Part shown: positions 1 to 12,407 of the stretch, in pieces
How the letters are laid out: each line of letters opens with the position of its first letter
Position numbering within the stretch: position 1 is the stretch's first letter
From: Camelus dromedarius
Taxonomy: Eukaryota
Assembly: GCF_036321535.1 (NCBI RefSeq)
Contig: NC_087437.1
Coordinates: forward strand, 83,888,001 to 83,952,000
Length of the DNA: 64,000 nucleotides
Direction of reading: 5' to 3'
Translations under genes and position numbers: made by a program
The notes under the pieces: model-generated
Databases searched by the model: none
What the model was told of the DNA's origin: nothing
What the model saw: the letters and a program-made list of their open reading frames with translations, nothing else

Positions 1-329
1 AATCTTTGTGCCTCTTACTGATCAGTCTTGTGTTCTGGCTGCCCCTGTGGCACGCATCCTCTTTTGGACAGAGGCGATGTTGGGGAAAGGAATTCAACGG
101 TGTGTCTTCAGCAACAGCACAGCCACGAGCTGAGAGTAGGTCTGGGTCCTGAAGCGGGGGTTGAGGCAACACACCGAAGCTCTGCATCACCTGACATTCT
201 AAATATTTTACTTATTGTTGGTTTATTGGCTCTTTGTCTATTTCTGCTCTATCCCTAGCATGTGGAATAGCACTTAGTACAGAATTCAGAATGGGTTCTC
301 ACGAATATTGGTTGAATGAATCATTGTAC

Positions 330-475
330 AAGCAAATGAATACATCTAGTTTTCGGATGAGGAAACCAAAGCTTAAAGAGACGAACTTGCCCTCCTTAGG
401 TGCTAATGGCTACGGAGCATCAGAGCTTGGATGCTGATCCAGACTGGTCTAGCCCAAGGTTTTAATCACTTTGCT
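330..475 (-). mobile_element. MIR SINE fragment
   Basis: ttttcggatgaggaaaccaaagcttaaagag...cagagcttggatg. Confidence 0.55.
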
Positions 476-1391
476 AGGAAGTTTCTCATTTGTAGAGCAT
501 GGTAAGATAATCTGGCACATTCCCTTTATTTTGCTGATGAGGAATTAAAGCCTAGAGTGCAGAATCCTCCTAGACCAAAACACCAAGTCCTATGTGGCCT
601 TCCTGAATGTATCATTTTCCTTTAGCAATCAGAACACACAACAAAGTTACTTAGCCTGGGACAAATCAGTGACACGTTTGTGTGGCACATGAGTCTTGGT
701 GTCTAACTTTGCTTTGCTAACATATCACCATTACCTCTATGATATCTAGATTCATGAAGTTTCCCAGATAACTTAATTCCCAGGACTTCTGCAGCTGACC
801 AATTTTTGTTGAAGGTTTGGTATGGGATGGCTCAGCTCGTTTTCTCAGGAGGCTCTGGTGAGCAGGTCATAATTCACTGTGTCTTGAAAGTCCAGAGACC
901 AACTACGAACTGTCAAGGAGAAATATGTAGGTTTACACGCTGGCAGAGAGCAAGCATGTGTTAGAATTTAAATTGATAATTCCCAAGGTTCTAGCACCTT
1001 CAGTAGGTGAATTCTTAAGGCTAAAATAGTCTCCAGGAAATTTAGAAGTTATGACATCTATAGGCATGACAATGAAAAAGATATCTGGAAGGTTTTATTT
1101 TTAGTGTGGATAAAGTGAAGGTGTGGAAATAATTAGATGTGCTGGCAATGGTTCCAGAAAAGTCAGTTATGGAAAGCTTGCTCTGACTGGGTTGCCTGTG
1201 TCCAAAACTACAGATAACTGGAAGAAAAATAAAAACTCAGGAAGGTTTTAGCTTCAGTAGCAAGATAAGGGGTGGCACTGTATGGCCCTTGCATACGAAC
1301 CTAGCCCCTTGTCTTATATTTCCTGTACCAAGATTATCACCCCCACTGCTCCTTACCCGTTTCCTTGTACTCTCTGATGAAGCTACTGCTT

Positions 1392-1572
1392 CTCTAACTA
1401 GAGTGTCCATCAGAATTACTTGGAGGGCTTGTTAAAACAGAATGCTCAGTCCCATCCCCAGAATTTCTGACCCAATAAGGCTGAGGTAGGGTCTGAAAAT
1501 TTGCACTTCTAACATATTCCCAGGTATAGCTGGATGCTTCTGGTACAGGGTTCACATTTTGAGAACCACAGT
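1392..1572. mobile_element. MER5A hAT-Charlie DNA transposon
   Basis: atcagaattacttggagggcttgttaaaacagaatgct...tttgcacttctaacatattcccaggt...cacattttgagaaccac. Confidence 0.8.
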
Positions 1573-2808
1573 TCTAGCCACATTGAAATTCTTTCAGTTA
1601 CTAGAAAGTTCCATAATCTTTCATCTCTACATGCACACACGAGAGACTCCCCAATCCTCTTATCCTATCCCCTCACCCCACCCTCCATCCCCAATATTTT
1701 CACGGCCAAGTTTTATTTAACTTTAAAGTCTCCTTCAAGATATTATTACTTTTTGGAGGACTCTGTTGACACAAATTGGTTTGGGTTTTTCTCTTTGTGC
1801 TCCTCAAAACAGCACATGTAACCTTGTTCAATCTCTTGTAATTTTATAAAAATATCACATGTAGCCCCATTTAACCTCATGTAATTTTATGAACTGCTCA
1901 ACTAGCTTTTGTGAAAGCCAGGAACAAGTTTATTCTTTTCATCTCTGAATCCTTAGTGCCTGTCTCTATATCTGGCCTATTCTTTAATATTTTTCAATTG
2001 AGTGAAGGAGTGAAAAAATAAACTCGACAATTAAACATTCTTCTGCCTACTCTAGCTTTTGCTGCTTCCTTTCAAGAGCTCTTCACTTTCTTTCTCATTA
2101 TGTCAAATTTAGGAACAAACTTTAGATCAAATTTAGAAATAAATCCTTTTACGTCCAAGGATAACAGCTTATGCAGCAATATTGAAAACAGAGCCAATTT
2201 CGCTCCATTTTAGAATGAGAATAGGAAGTGTGTATAAATGCAGAATAAATGCATTAAGTATATGTACATATATATATGTGTACATATGTATGCTAAGTTC
2301 AGTAAGTGTATTGTGATTTTATTATAGCAATGTTTATTGTTTACAGAAATGTTGAAATTGATTGTTGAAAAAGTCATTTGGTCTGCTCTCTGGTTTTGTA
2401 GCCAGTAAATACAAGATAACTATATAAGTTAAAAATACCTACAGTGCAAGAACATTTTAAAAAGGATGCTCAGTTTTCCAAAAGCATAAGAGAATATGAA
2501 ACTCAGTTTGTTGTGACTCAGCTATTTTACATCTTGCGGTCAGGTTGCTACACTCTGCTCCTTTGCCCATCACAGAGTCCGTAATCTGCTCACGCCTGTA
2601 TTGCTCAGGTTTGTGCGCACACAGCTAAATCTTTTAAACAGCTTCTGCTACTTTGCCAAGAATTCTTGTTACTCAATTTAAATTCAGGGAACTACTGTTT
2701 CCCTTGAAAAAGTAAAGTGTAATGCAAATACTTAAGCTGCTTCTTAGTTCTTCACACAGGCCTTGGTAGAGCTGGCTGGGTTTATTTTATAAACATCCGT
2801 CCATTCAG

Positions 2809-2826
2809 TACTGTGACGTCACAGTA
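2809..2826. promoter_or_regulatory. Full CRE (TGACGTCA) within perfect 18-bp palindrome
   Basis: tactgtgacgtcacagta is self-complementary; CRE core at 2814-2821. Function not demonstrated. Confidence 0.45.
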
Positions 2827-3860
2827 AGATAAAGCAAAAACACATGCCTTGTGTTGGGTTCGTACACATTTAAAAGATAGTACAGTAGATAATTTAAAAT
2901 TATTTTTACTGCGTACTGGTACTCTGGCAGATAAAATTCAAACTATATATGTCTTTATGTTTTGACATTGGCAGATAATATTTAGTTGTTTACATAGTTC
3001 ATATAAAATACTTTTTACCTGACTTGGACATTTTGAATAACTCTTTCATTCAACTCTCAAAAATTTTTGGCTCTGAAAATGATGGATTACCAGGTGAATG
3101 GAATTAAATCAGGAAATAGGAAATAAAGCTATGAAAGGATCCAAGGCAATGCTGTGTCATCCTTGCAGTCCATGACTTCTAAAGGATACGTCCATCCCAG
3201 CATCCTGTGTTTCTAGCCTCTTCCTGTAAGAACTACATATTGCCCCTGGGCATCACCCTATAGCTAACTGGAACTACCCTCGTGCTTTAATACACCATTC
3301 CAGAAGTAACGAGTGAACAACACAATACTCCCAGCCTGGTCTTGAGAACAGCAAGCGATCATGCAATGGATGAGGGTGAGAGGTCAACCACAATTAAGAA
3401 TCATACCAGCAGTTCCGGATAGCTTCCATAAACTTATATTAAGGGATTAGGTTTTCTTCGCTTTGCCCTTGATGCTTTTCTAACAACTAAAATATGACAT
3501 TTTTAAAAGCCACTTCACAATATAAGTCAATAAAGCTGATTTGTGTAGTCTAAGGAATGGCTCTAAATCTTCAAGTATTATACAGGGAATGTATTTTTCA
3601 CTAAATTTGGAGCAATTTGAAATGTCTTAGGAACTTTTTTTGCTCTGTTAAAGAATTCAAGGTTGTAAAGTCAAATAGCTTGACAGAAAAATTCAGGCAA
3701 TTTATATCATGGCTGATAGAAAAAAATCCATCTCATCTCAAATCAAGTCAAATTAAAATTAGACTTTGGGAAAGACATAAATAAGGAACTCTGTATAAGA
3801 GCCTCTAGTGAGGTTTAGTGTTGAGCTTCCTGAAGACAGAGAACATATATTATTTACTTA

Positions 3861-4167
3861 TTTTTTCCTGCAGCTTTATTGAGGTATAATTGACAAATAA
3901 AAATTGTATGCTCTATGGTGTACAATGTGATGTTTTGATGTAAGTATACACTGTAAAATAATTACCACACTCAAGCTAATTAACATATCCATCATCACTT
4001 CACATATTTTGTGTGTGTGTATGTGGGGTGAGAACATTTAAGATCTCTTCTCTTAGGAAATTTCAAATATACCATACAGTATTATTAACCATAGTCACCA
4101 TGCTGTACGTTAAATCTTCAGCTTATTCATCCTACATAATTGAAACTTGCACCCTTTGACCAGCATT
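3861..4167 (-). mobile_element. LINE-1 3'UTR fragment (L1MA-like)
   Basis: agctttattgaggtataattgacaaataaaaattgta...caagctaattaacatatccatca...accctttgaccagcat. Confidence 0.8.
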
Positions 4168-7100
4168 TGATATACTGCATTATTAATATATACACAAATA
4201 AACAAATAAAAGTAAGGTACTAAAAACATATAGATAGACTAATAGAACACATATAGTTTGTTTGAAACAACAGATGTATGTTCATTAAGTATTTACTGGA
4301 TAACATCAATTCATCTGATATTCACTGAATGCTTTCTATTAGTCAGGCACATGCAAAGCAATACATGAGTTACAAAAATGAAAAAATAAAAGGTTCCTGA
4401 TCTCAAGAAAAAGATTTCAGTCAAAGAATGATGGTTTTTAAAAAACAAAAAATAATAAATAAATAAATAAAATAAAAAAGAATGATGGTTTATATCCCAA
4501 AGAAGTCACTTTTTTTTGTTTTGCTGTAGGCTATTGGCTTAAAATAAAGCTATATTCTGTTTTAAGAAATAGATCCATTGCTGTTTGTTAGCTCCCTTTC
4601 AGATATGATTCAAATTGTAACACTCCATATTGATGTGCACATTTTATAACTTCTAAGTACCTGTTAATAGTTAATGATCTTCTTTCCAGTCCATTTAGCA
4701 AAGTTATGATCCTTAATATTTTTCATATTAAGGCCTTCAATCTGTCTTATGGTACATAAGCTCTGTTCCCATCATTTAAAATCTTTATTGGATCCATGCA
4801 AAACTGAAGCAAAATGTCTTTTGTTTTTGGTCAGTGCAGGTTTCTTAAAAGGAGACTTCCATCTTCTATGCAAATAGCTATTCTTCATCAAGTTCTTGCA
4901 CATTTAAGGTAATGGGGCTAACGGCATTATTTTACTGCTTTAGAGTGCTATACTAGGTCTACTATGTGTGCATTAATCCATAAAACCATAAGAAAACACA
5001 ACTCTCTGAACTTGTTGCATGGTGATTTGTAAACAGTTACAGTCTTCTGAAAATCTGTGTTTATATTCAAACACATATTACTCTAAGGAGGAATATAATT
5101 AGTTAAGGGATGGTGGAGAGGTAAGAATAAAAAATAATCATGTAGAAAATTAGAAGCACTAACCAAGCTGAATAAGAAAAGTGAAAACATTGAATAGGCA
5201 GAAGGAGAACTCAGTCCTAGCTGTGGGAATCTGGTAAGTAACTAAATTTCTTTGTGCTTTGGTTTTTCCAGTCCCTAAATAACGGGTATGATAGCAGTAC
5301 CCCCTTTCCAAGTTGTAAGTATGTTAGTAGCCATAAAGAACAGAACAGTGCCTTAAAACATAATTAGAACTCGATAAATATTACCTGTTGTTATGAAATC
5401 TCAATATTAGAAGTTACATCAAGCTTCTAACACATCGTCCTAAACAAAGCGGGCATCCTTAACGACATGCTGAATAAGTATCCAGTTAGCTTCAGAAACA
5501 GTCTTCATCACCTTGTAAAGTAGGCCAATTTATATTCAGACAATCTGTTAGAAAGTTTTTCATTCCTACTGATGTTTGCATATAGATAGCTACGGCTGCC
5601 AACACTGAAAGTGTGCTATTGATTGGAGATTATTTCAAATTAAAGTCTTACATACTGGAATTCATCCTTCTCTGGGTACACTCATAAATATGAAGTCTGC
5701 CTCCTGCTTGATTAATTAACTTTTTTTTATTGCTCCACCAGGTCAGCTGGTCCTCTTTCTGCTTCATGCTTCACCATTAATAATCATCCCCAAATTTCTG
5801 GCTGCTGTTAATATTGATGCAGCTAATTTCATCCTAAGTCATTAAAGCAGTACAGGTTGGGTTTCAACCAATAGACTGGATCACACATAGCGATTTTTCA
5901 AAAAGGTGTTTAAGGAGGAAAATACATTTAACAACAAAAAGGTCATTTTACTCTATTCAAATACTCCCAAATGTTAGAATTAACAACTAATTTGTAATTA
6001 GAATTGCATGTATCATGTTATGACACAACTCAAGTCAGTTATAGCTTATTACCCAAAATATAGCAAGTGATATTGCTTATCTGTGGCAAATAAAAATATT
6101 TGATTCTTTCTTATTTTTACTGGTAGGCAACATGCTATTCTTCCATATTTTAGCCTTTTGAAATTATACATTCTTCACTTATCTAATGAAATGTATATTA
6201 GAAACTAACTGTGTACCAGACATTTAGGACACACAAGGATACATAGGTTACAGTTCTTGATCTCAAAGAGCTAAGAACCTGGCAAAGAATTAAGCCTTCC
6301 CACAATAAAATATTATAGAAAGTTTGAGGAAAGAGTGATGACGTCTCATTGGACTGATCAAAAACACTTCAGGAGGAGTAGCATGTGAGCTGGACTGACC
6401 ATTTGCAATATGATAGGTTTTTGATTATTCCATATGGGAGTCATGATGAAGAATCAGAAAATTTTGTGCATAAAGCATTTACACTTTTTCGAGTATCTGT
6501 TAACCAGAGGGAGACAGGACAAAAATGATGTCAATTGGATTAGACTGGAGGAAAACTTGAATATTTGTTGAGAAATTCACATTTTATTTGGTAGAAAATA
6601 TACAATGACTTGGGGTTTTTAAGTGTACAAAGTTAAGTATAGAAAAATTAGTCAAATGGGGACATAAAAAATAGATTAAGGAAGAAGAAACTGGGGACAC
6701 AATCTTCTACCTTAATTTTCAGGATCATTTCCCATCTATACATTGTTAAAACTAATTAAACTGCTTTAATATGAAGCCATACTACAAAAAGCTAAATCTT
6801 ATGGGTGTTTTCAAAATAATTAAGTGATTAAATTCATTCATTTATATCTACATAACTCATTGTCTAAATGTGCAAGACATGACATAGATTCTAATTTGCA
6901 ATAGTATGATTCAGTAATTTATAGCTTGTTTAGTTAATGCTGTTCATAATGATTTTTGTGTGGTTAATTATTTCAAGTGATATAAATTTAGTCCTTCTTT
7001 ACTACTTTTGGTAAACAATAGCATATTTTAAAATGATGGCAGATGTGGCTTTCGTGCTATGAGAATGCTTCATGTAGCTTATGAGTGACAACCTAAATTT

Positions 7101-7748
7101 ATGTGTTGTTAAAATTTAAGGTATAATTAATCTTTTCAGGGAAAAGGAATGCATCGCTTATATGTTGGCAATGCATTAATTCTCCTGGATCATTCTGGAA
7201 AACCATAAAGGCAATGGAAGAGGTAAGTTATATGTAAAATTCCAGTTTTCTTTCAAAAGTTGGCTTTAAGCTATGGATTTTCCTACCTTTTGATAGCTTC
7301 ACAAGCTCTTTTATATTATATAAGTAAAATGTTTAAGTTGACTGCAATATAGCAGGATATATTTTATTTTGGTTTTAAAAATGAACCCACAAAAGTATTT
7401 TCTGTTTCTCTAAAATATATTTGAATATTAGATAAATCTTGGTGATGTTTTAAATAAAAACAAATGTTTGACTTTCTTTTCATTAAATTATTTCTTTTTA
7501 AAAATATAGGTGTAATTTTAACAGAATTTTCTTAAACTTGAATCAAACGTGGTTTTCAAGCAGTTTTTAAGGATTTGGATAACATTATTGGCTATGTAGA
7601 TAACTTTTGAGTTTTAATTCTTATCTTTTTCTCCATTGGAAAGGAGCACATTTTCTCCAGAAAATAAGCACAGAAATAAAAACAATCATGAGGCAGTTAA
7701 AATTTCCTGTTTTATCTATAAAAGCTAAAAAGGCCTATAATTAACCAT

Positions 7749-7773
7749 TGTGTGTGTGTGTGTATGTGTGTGA
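7749..7773. repeat. (TG)n microsatellite
   Basis: tgtgtgtgtgtgtgtatgtgtgtga. Confidence 0.85.
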
Positions 7774-10709
7774 GAAAGAGATACTTTGGGGAATAAAATG
7801 ATTTTTATTTTAATTTGAGAAATGTCTTATATTAGAGAGCTTCTAACAGCTATCTATTTTTCACCTATCTTTCAAGAAGATTTGCATGGAATATTTATAT
7901 ATTCTTACTTTCTCACTACTGATTCTGTAGCTTATTGTAATTTTGTTAAAGCAATTCCAAAAAGATGGGACAATCAATAACAGTACCTAATAAAAAGACC
8001 AGTACAGAATAGCCACTCAATAAATGCTTTTAGTGGACATAATATTTAGTTATACACTGTTAGTCCTGAAAGAGATTAGCAGACACACAAAATGTCAGTA
8101 TTGAAACACAAAAGGAAAGTCTTTCGTGATTATATATGAGTGACTATCTATTTACCTATTTATCTATAGATTTATTAATCAATTCTATCTATCTCTTCAT
8201 ATACAATATATTTAATGAGGTTGTTCTATAGAATTAGGAAGAGAGGAAACCAATTGCTATAGTTCAAGCAGGCTATTTTTACAGTGCTAGCAGTCATAAT
8301 TAGTAATCTTTAAATTTGCTAGCCAGTTTCCACTAGCATATTCTGACTAGAAAAACAAAACAACCACTGGTATAAAAGAGCAAGAGGAGTCATGGTAATT
8401 GTTCTTCAGACACCACTATGTTTATAGAGCACAAGCAGTCAGTTAAGAACATGATTTTGAAAAGGAATTATTTCATATTTTATATTATTGTCTCACTAGT
8501 TGTGAGCAAACTAAAAGCTGGACAAAGTAAAATAATATGGTTAATTACTACTCATTTTGCTTACTTTAAAAAATTTGAACCGGACCATCAAATGAGAGAG
8601 CACCTAATTTCACCTCCCTACTTCACACCCCATCTCAACGCATTATAAAGTCAGTTAATTAAACAGAATACACAAGAGAGAAGTTAATGAGAAAGTAGAC
8701 ATTACAAAGTTCAGGTACTACCAGAGAAACAAAAGGTATAAAAATTTAAAGATGCACTATGATGGTATATAGAGAAAAAAAAAATCTGATGCTGTCAGTT
8801 GGGATTCACATCATTATATTCCTGAATTTATAGTAGACCTACCCATATCTTACTATGACATTATTCATTGAAATTCTCTTCTGGATATAAACAGCACGCT
8901 TTGAAAATGCAATTTAAAGCTAACCAGATAAAAAATGATCCTTTAAATGATTTTCCCTCAGGCTGTAAATTGACTTGGGAGCCACTCTGTGTACCCAAAC
9001 TCCAAGTTTAGACAAACATATTTTTCAGACTCTTCTCAAATATTGTGTCTCTTCAAGGGTGTAATAAAAGTCACTCACATGACATTTACAAATCAGTAAT
9101 TCAGAATATGGTTTTGCTGTCTGAGGCTGCCACTGTCAGGTGCCTCTAAGGTTCTCTTATCAGATTTTGGTAAAGCTACTTAAGTCTCCAAAAAGAGATA
9201 TAACCTTGTCAGAATTAAAAAGATAATTTGTGTAAATTGCTCAGCAGAGAGTCTTGCACATATTACTGGCCATGTTACTCCCTAATTACAATCCTCTCAT
9301 GAATGCCCAATATCGTCATAAGGCCCAATACCCATAACACGGCCAAAAGAACGCCTTCGTTTGGGCCTCTGTATACAGTTCTTGCCTTTAGCTCCCAATG
9401 TTTTATCTTTCATAGTCTCCCCACTGTTGTCACACCAAGTAGTTGGTTCTTCTTCAAATTTTTCACGCTGACTCAGGCCTCAGTGCTTCTGCTCTTTCTT
9501 TATTACCTCTCTTCCAAGAATGAGCCCCTTTCCCATCCTCCAGCCCGTCATGATCCATTCATGCTGAATCAGGGTCTCTTCTCTACGCTCTTATAGCACA
9601 GTTCCCATATCTACCTGATAGCACGTGTCATCCAATCTTCTATTTTTTATTTAAATTTTCATTTTATCTCCCACAAATCTAGACTATAAATTACATGAAG
9701 ACAGAGGCTGTAGAGCTTATCATTACCTTTTTATCGCCAGAGCATCACACAGAGTGTAGCACATATTGTCTTAACACATTTTTTGTTGAGTTAGTAAATA
9801 TTACACTGGGTTATTGGTAAGTATGGGACCTCTCTGCTAAGGCATTTTAAAGTATTTATCTTTTATAAGACCTCTGAAAGAATTCTAGTCCTGAAAGTGC
9901 AATTAGTTCAAATTTCAAGTTAAAACCAAGTCAATATTTTAATATTTAGATAAGAACTTACTGTTTTCTTATTAGATTAGACTCTTCATCTAAAAGTCCC
10001 AGATGAACACAAATGACTTACCTAGATTTAGCATTATAAGTTTGTCTGAGAGTACATTTCTGACTTGATGATATAATACTCAAAACTGTCATACTTGTTA
10101 AAAGTTAGCTGAATTTCTTGATCTGTGAAATAAGATGCAAGGATGCAATAAACACACCCTGGACAAGACAATGATGTGAGTCCTCCCTGGACAAAACTTA
10201 CCTTGAATTGCATGTTTGGCTTTGTACCTAGGTTAAGTTTTGATATAGGGACAGTGAAAAAAATAGTCAATAGGAAATAGTAGGGGCACTTTCTGAATAT
10301 TTTACATTGCTTTTGTTTACAGAGTTTTGCTTTGTGATAATTGCACTCTGCTCCCAATAATTTCATCTCTAGCTTGAAAAGTCAACCGTCTCTGGTAGGA
10401 TTATAAATGACTATCACTGGCTTTAAACATCTAGGGTATAAGTAATCTTTTTATCCCTTAGTTTTCTCTAATCCGAAACTGTGTTCTTTCTTATTTAGAT
10501 ATGTCAGTGCTCGTCCATTTTTTAGTTAGATATAGTTGTAACAAAAAAGTTCTTATGGATCAACATTGTGCATTACTATAAAACAACAATAAAACACTCT
10601 TTCTGTCACATTCAGCATAGCTTCACTTTCAGTGATAAACCAGAGGAATTATGGCCTAGTTAGCGGTCTTACCATTAGCACTTTATAATTCAAAGGAAAG
10701 GACTTGGCC

Positions 10710-10978
10710 GGATGGTGGAGTAGTTAAAAGCACAGGCCTTGGAAGAAGATGGCCCTCAGTTTCAAATTTTAGCTTTGCTTTCTTACCAACTGCATGAATA
10801 CAGACAAATTGCTCAACTTTCCTAGGCTTCTGATTTCTCAGAAGTATAATTAGGAAAATAATGCTGGTCTCATTGGATGCTGAAACGTTTAAATAAGATA
10901 ATACATGTAAAACACTTCACATCATTTTTGGCACTTATGGGAGGCTCAGTAAATGGTAGCTATCATTATTGTTATTCA
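10710..10978 (+). mobile_element. MIR SINE
   Basis: gtagttaaaagcacaggccttgga...tttaaataagataatacatgtaaaacactt...ctcagtaaatggtagctatcattatt. Confidence 0.75.
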
Positions 10979-11791
10979 TAAAGAATTTTTATAATAAATT
11001 TGCTATTTTTGCATTCTTATACAAATCTAAGTATTTTAACAATGATGGGAACAGATTTTTATTACAATTAGGTATTTGGATATTTTTCCACCAAAGTACA
11101 CAGCAAAAGCCAGCTGTATTAGCCTTACAAAGATATTAATAGGATGGATTTCTAAACTCAAAAATATAATTCAATGATAGAGCTGAGTTTAAAATGAATA
11201 TGACATTTAATGCTATGTAACATGACTTTGGAACACCTCACTCCCCTCGTCTCCCATTTTGGTTTTCAGTACATTGAGGCTATGGAATTAATTTGAGTTT
11301 CTAATCAAGCTCATGCATCTATATTTAAAACTTATAATGGGCACTTCAGTGGAGTTTGTCGCCTGATCACTGTTTTTATTGATCTAAGATAACAGCCAAA
11401 GCTACACAATTTTGAACTAACTGCTAACATCATTTGCTCACGGTTTTATTCTCTTCCAAGTTTTCATTAGTATCACATTATGATGCCAAGACTGATGAAC
11501 AATTAGGCTAACACCATCCACTGAGACTCTATGTTATGGCCTGACTGATGAATTCCGCATAAAGAGACATATTTGGGCCGCATTACAATTGTGATAGAGC
11601 AAGGCAGTTCATGGAAATATTTAACGATAGCACTAAAACATTAACTGAAATGACTGTATGAGTATTTACATGAACAGAATTCTGCTTGATGAGACCATTC
11701 AAAATTTGGGACATTAGATTTTTTAACTACCAGGTCAGATTCAAACGGTAGTAAAGTAACATCTTACTTTATGTCTTTGTGTGAAACTTAC

Positions 11792-11954
11792 TTTCATCTC
11801 CTGTTTCAAATTCAAACTTCTGACTGTAGCCACTGTATCCTGTTGCAGTCCTCACCCGGATGTGAAAAATGTACTTCGTGGCTGGCTTGAGACCCGTGAT
11901 GATGACACTGGGTGCCTTGGACCTCGTGGAGGAATAGGTGAGCTGCTCGTGCTC
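11792..11954 (-). CDS. EPHA6: EPHA6 internal coding exon (C-terminal part of second FN3 domain; exon 7 by analogy)
   Basis: Minus strand tcttttctgtccccag|GAG CAC GAG CAG ... GGA GAT GAA A|gtaagt. 163 nt, phase 0 to phase 1. Translation EHEQLTYSSTRSKAPSVIITGLKPATKYIFHIRVRTATGYSGYSQKFEFETGDE continues the frame of the 47 kb exon and has the FN3 GLKPxTxY motif. Confidence 0.96.
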
Positions 11955-12359
11955 CTGGGGACAGAAAAGACGAGAAAGGAAATGAAGCAGTTATTCTACT
12001 TTTTCCTAGAAACATTCTAAAGTTAAGCTGGGGAATTATGCTCTGACTTTCAAAATACTGATCAAAAAGTGGTGTAAGCATGGTTTTCCATAATTTAGCA
12101 CTGACTTATTTACCAATTACTATGCACATGGTATGGTCTTGATTTGAAAATTTACTAAGAAAGATGATCATCTTATATAAACTGCACTTGTATTTGTGGT
12201 GCCTTGGATTTCTGATCCAACTCTAAGGAATGGTGGTGGCGTGAGAGCACGTTTACACAGAATGGCAGCTGCATTTTGGACAAAATGGGCACACTGGATC
12301 AGACCACACCAGCAGAGTGCAAGGAGCAAGGTGGGAGAATTCAAGTACCCGCTACTCAC

Positions 12360-12407
12360 TTCTACCCGCAGGTAGTGCCAAAATGCCGGCGCTATCCGTG
12401 GGTAGAC
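12360..12407 (-). CDS. EPHA6: Candidate 48-nt in-frame cassette exon of EPHA6 (VYPRIAPAFWHYLRVE)
   Basis: Acceptor tttatttttcctttcacccacag|GTC and donor GAA|gtgagt. 48 nt, no stop, phase 0/0 matching both neighbouring exons. 4 CpGs retained in an otherwise CpG-poor intron. Confidence 0.75.

Noticed and set aside
11781..12081. ORFs 11781..12020 (+) and 11812..12081 (-)
   Set aside because: Antisense and off-frame shadows of the real 163-nt EPHA6 exon.
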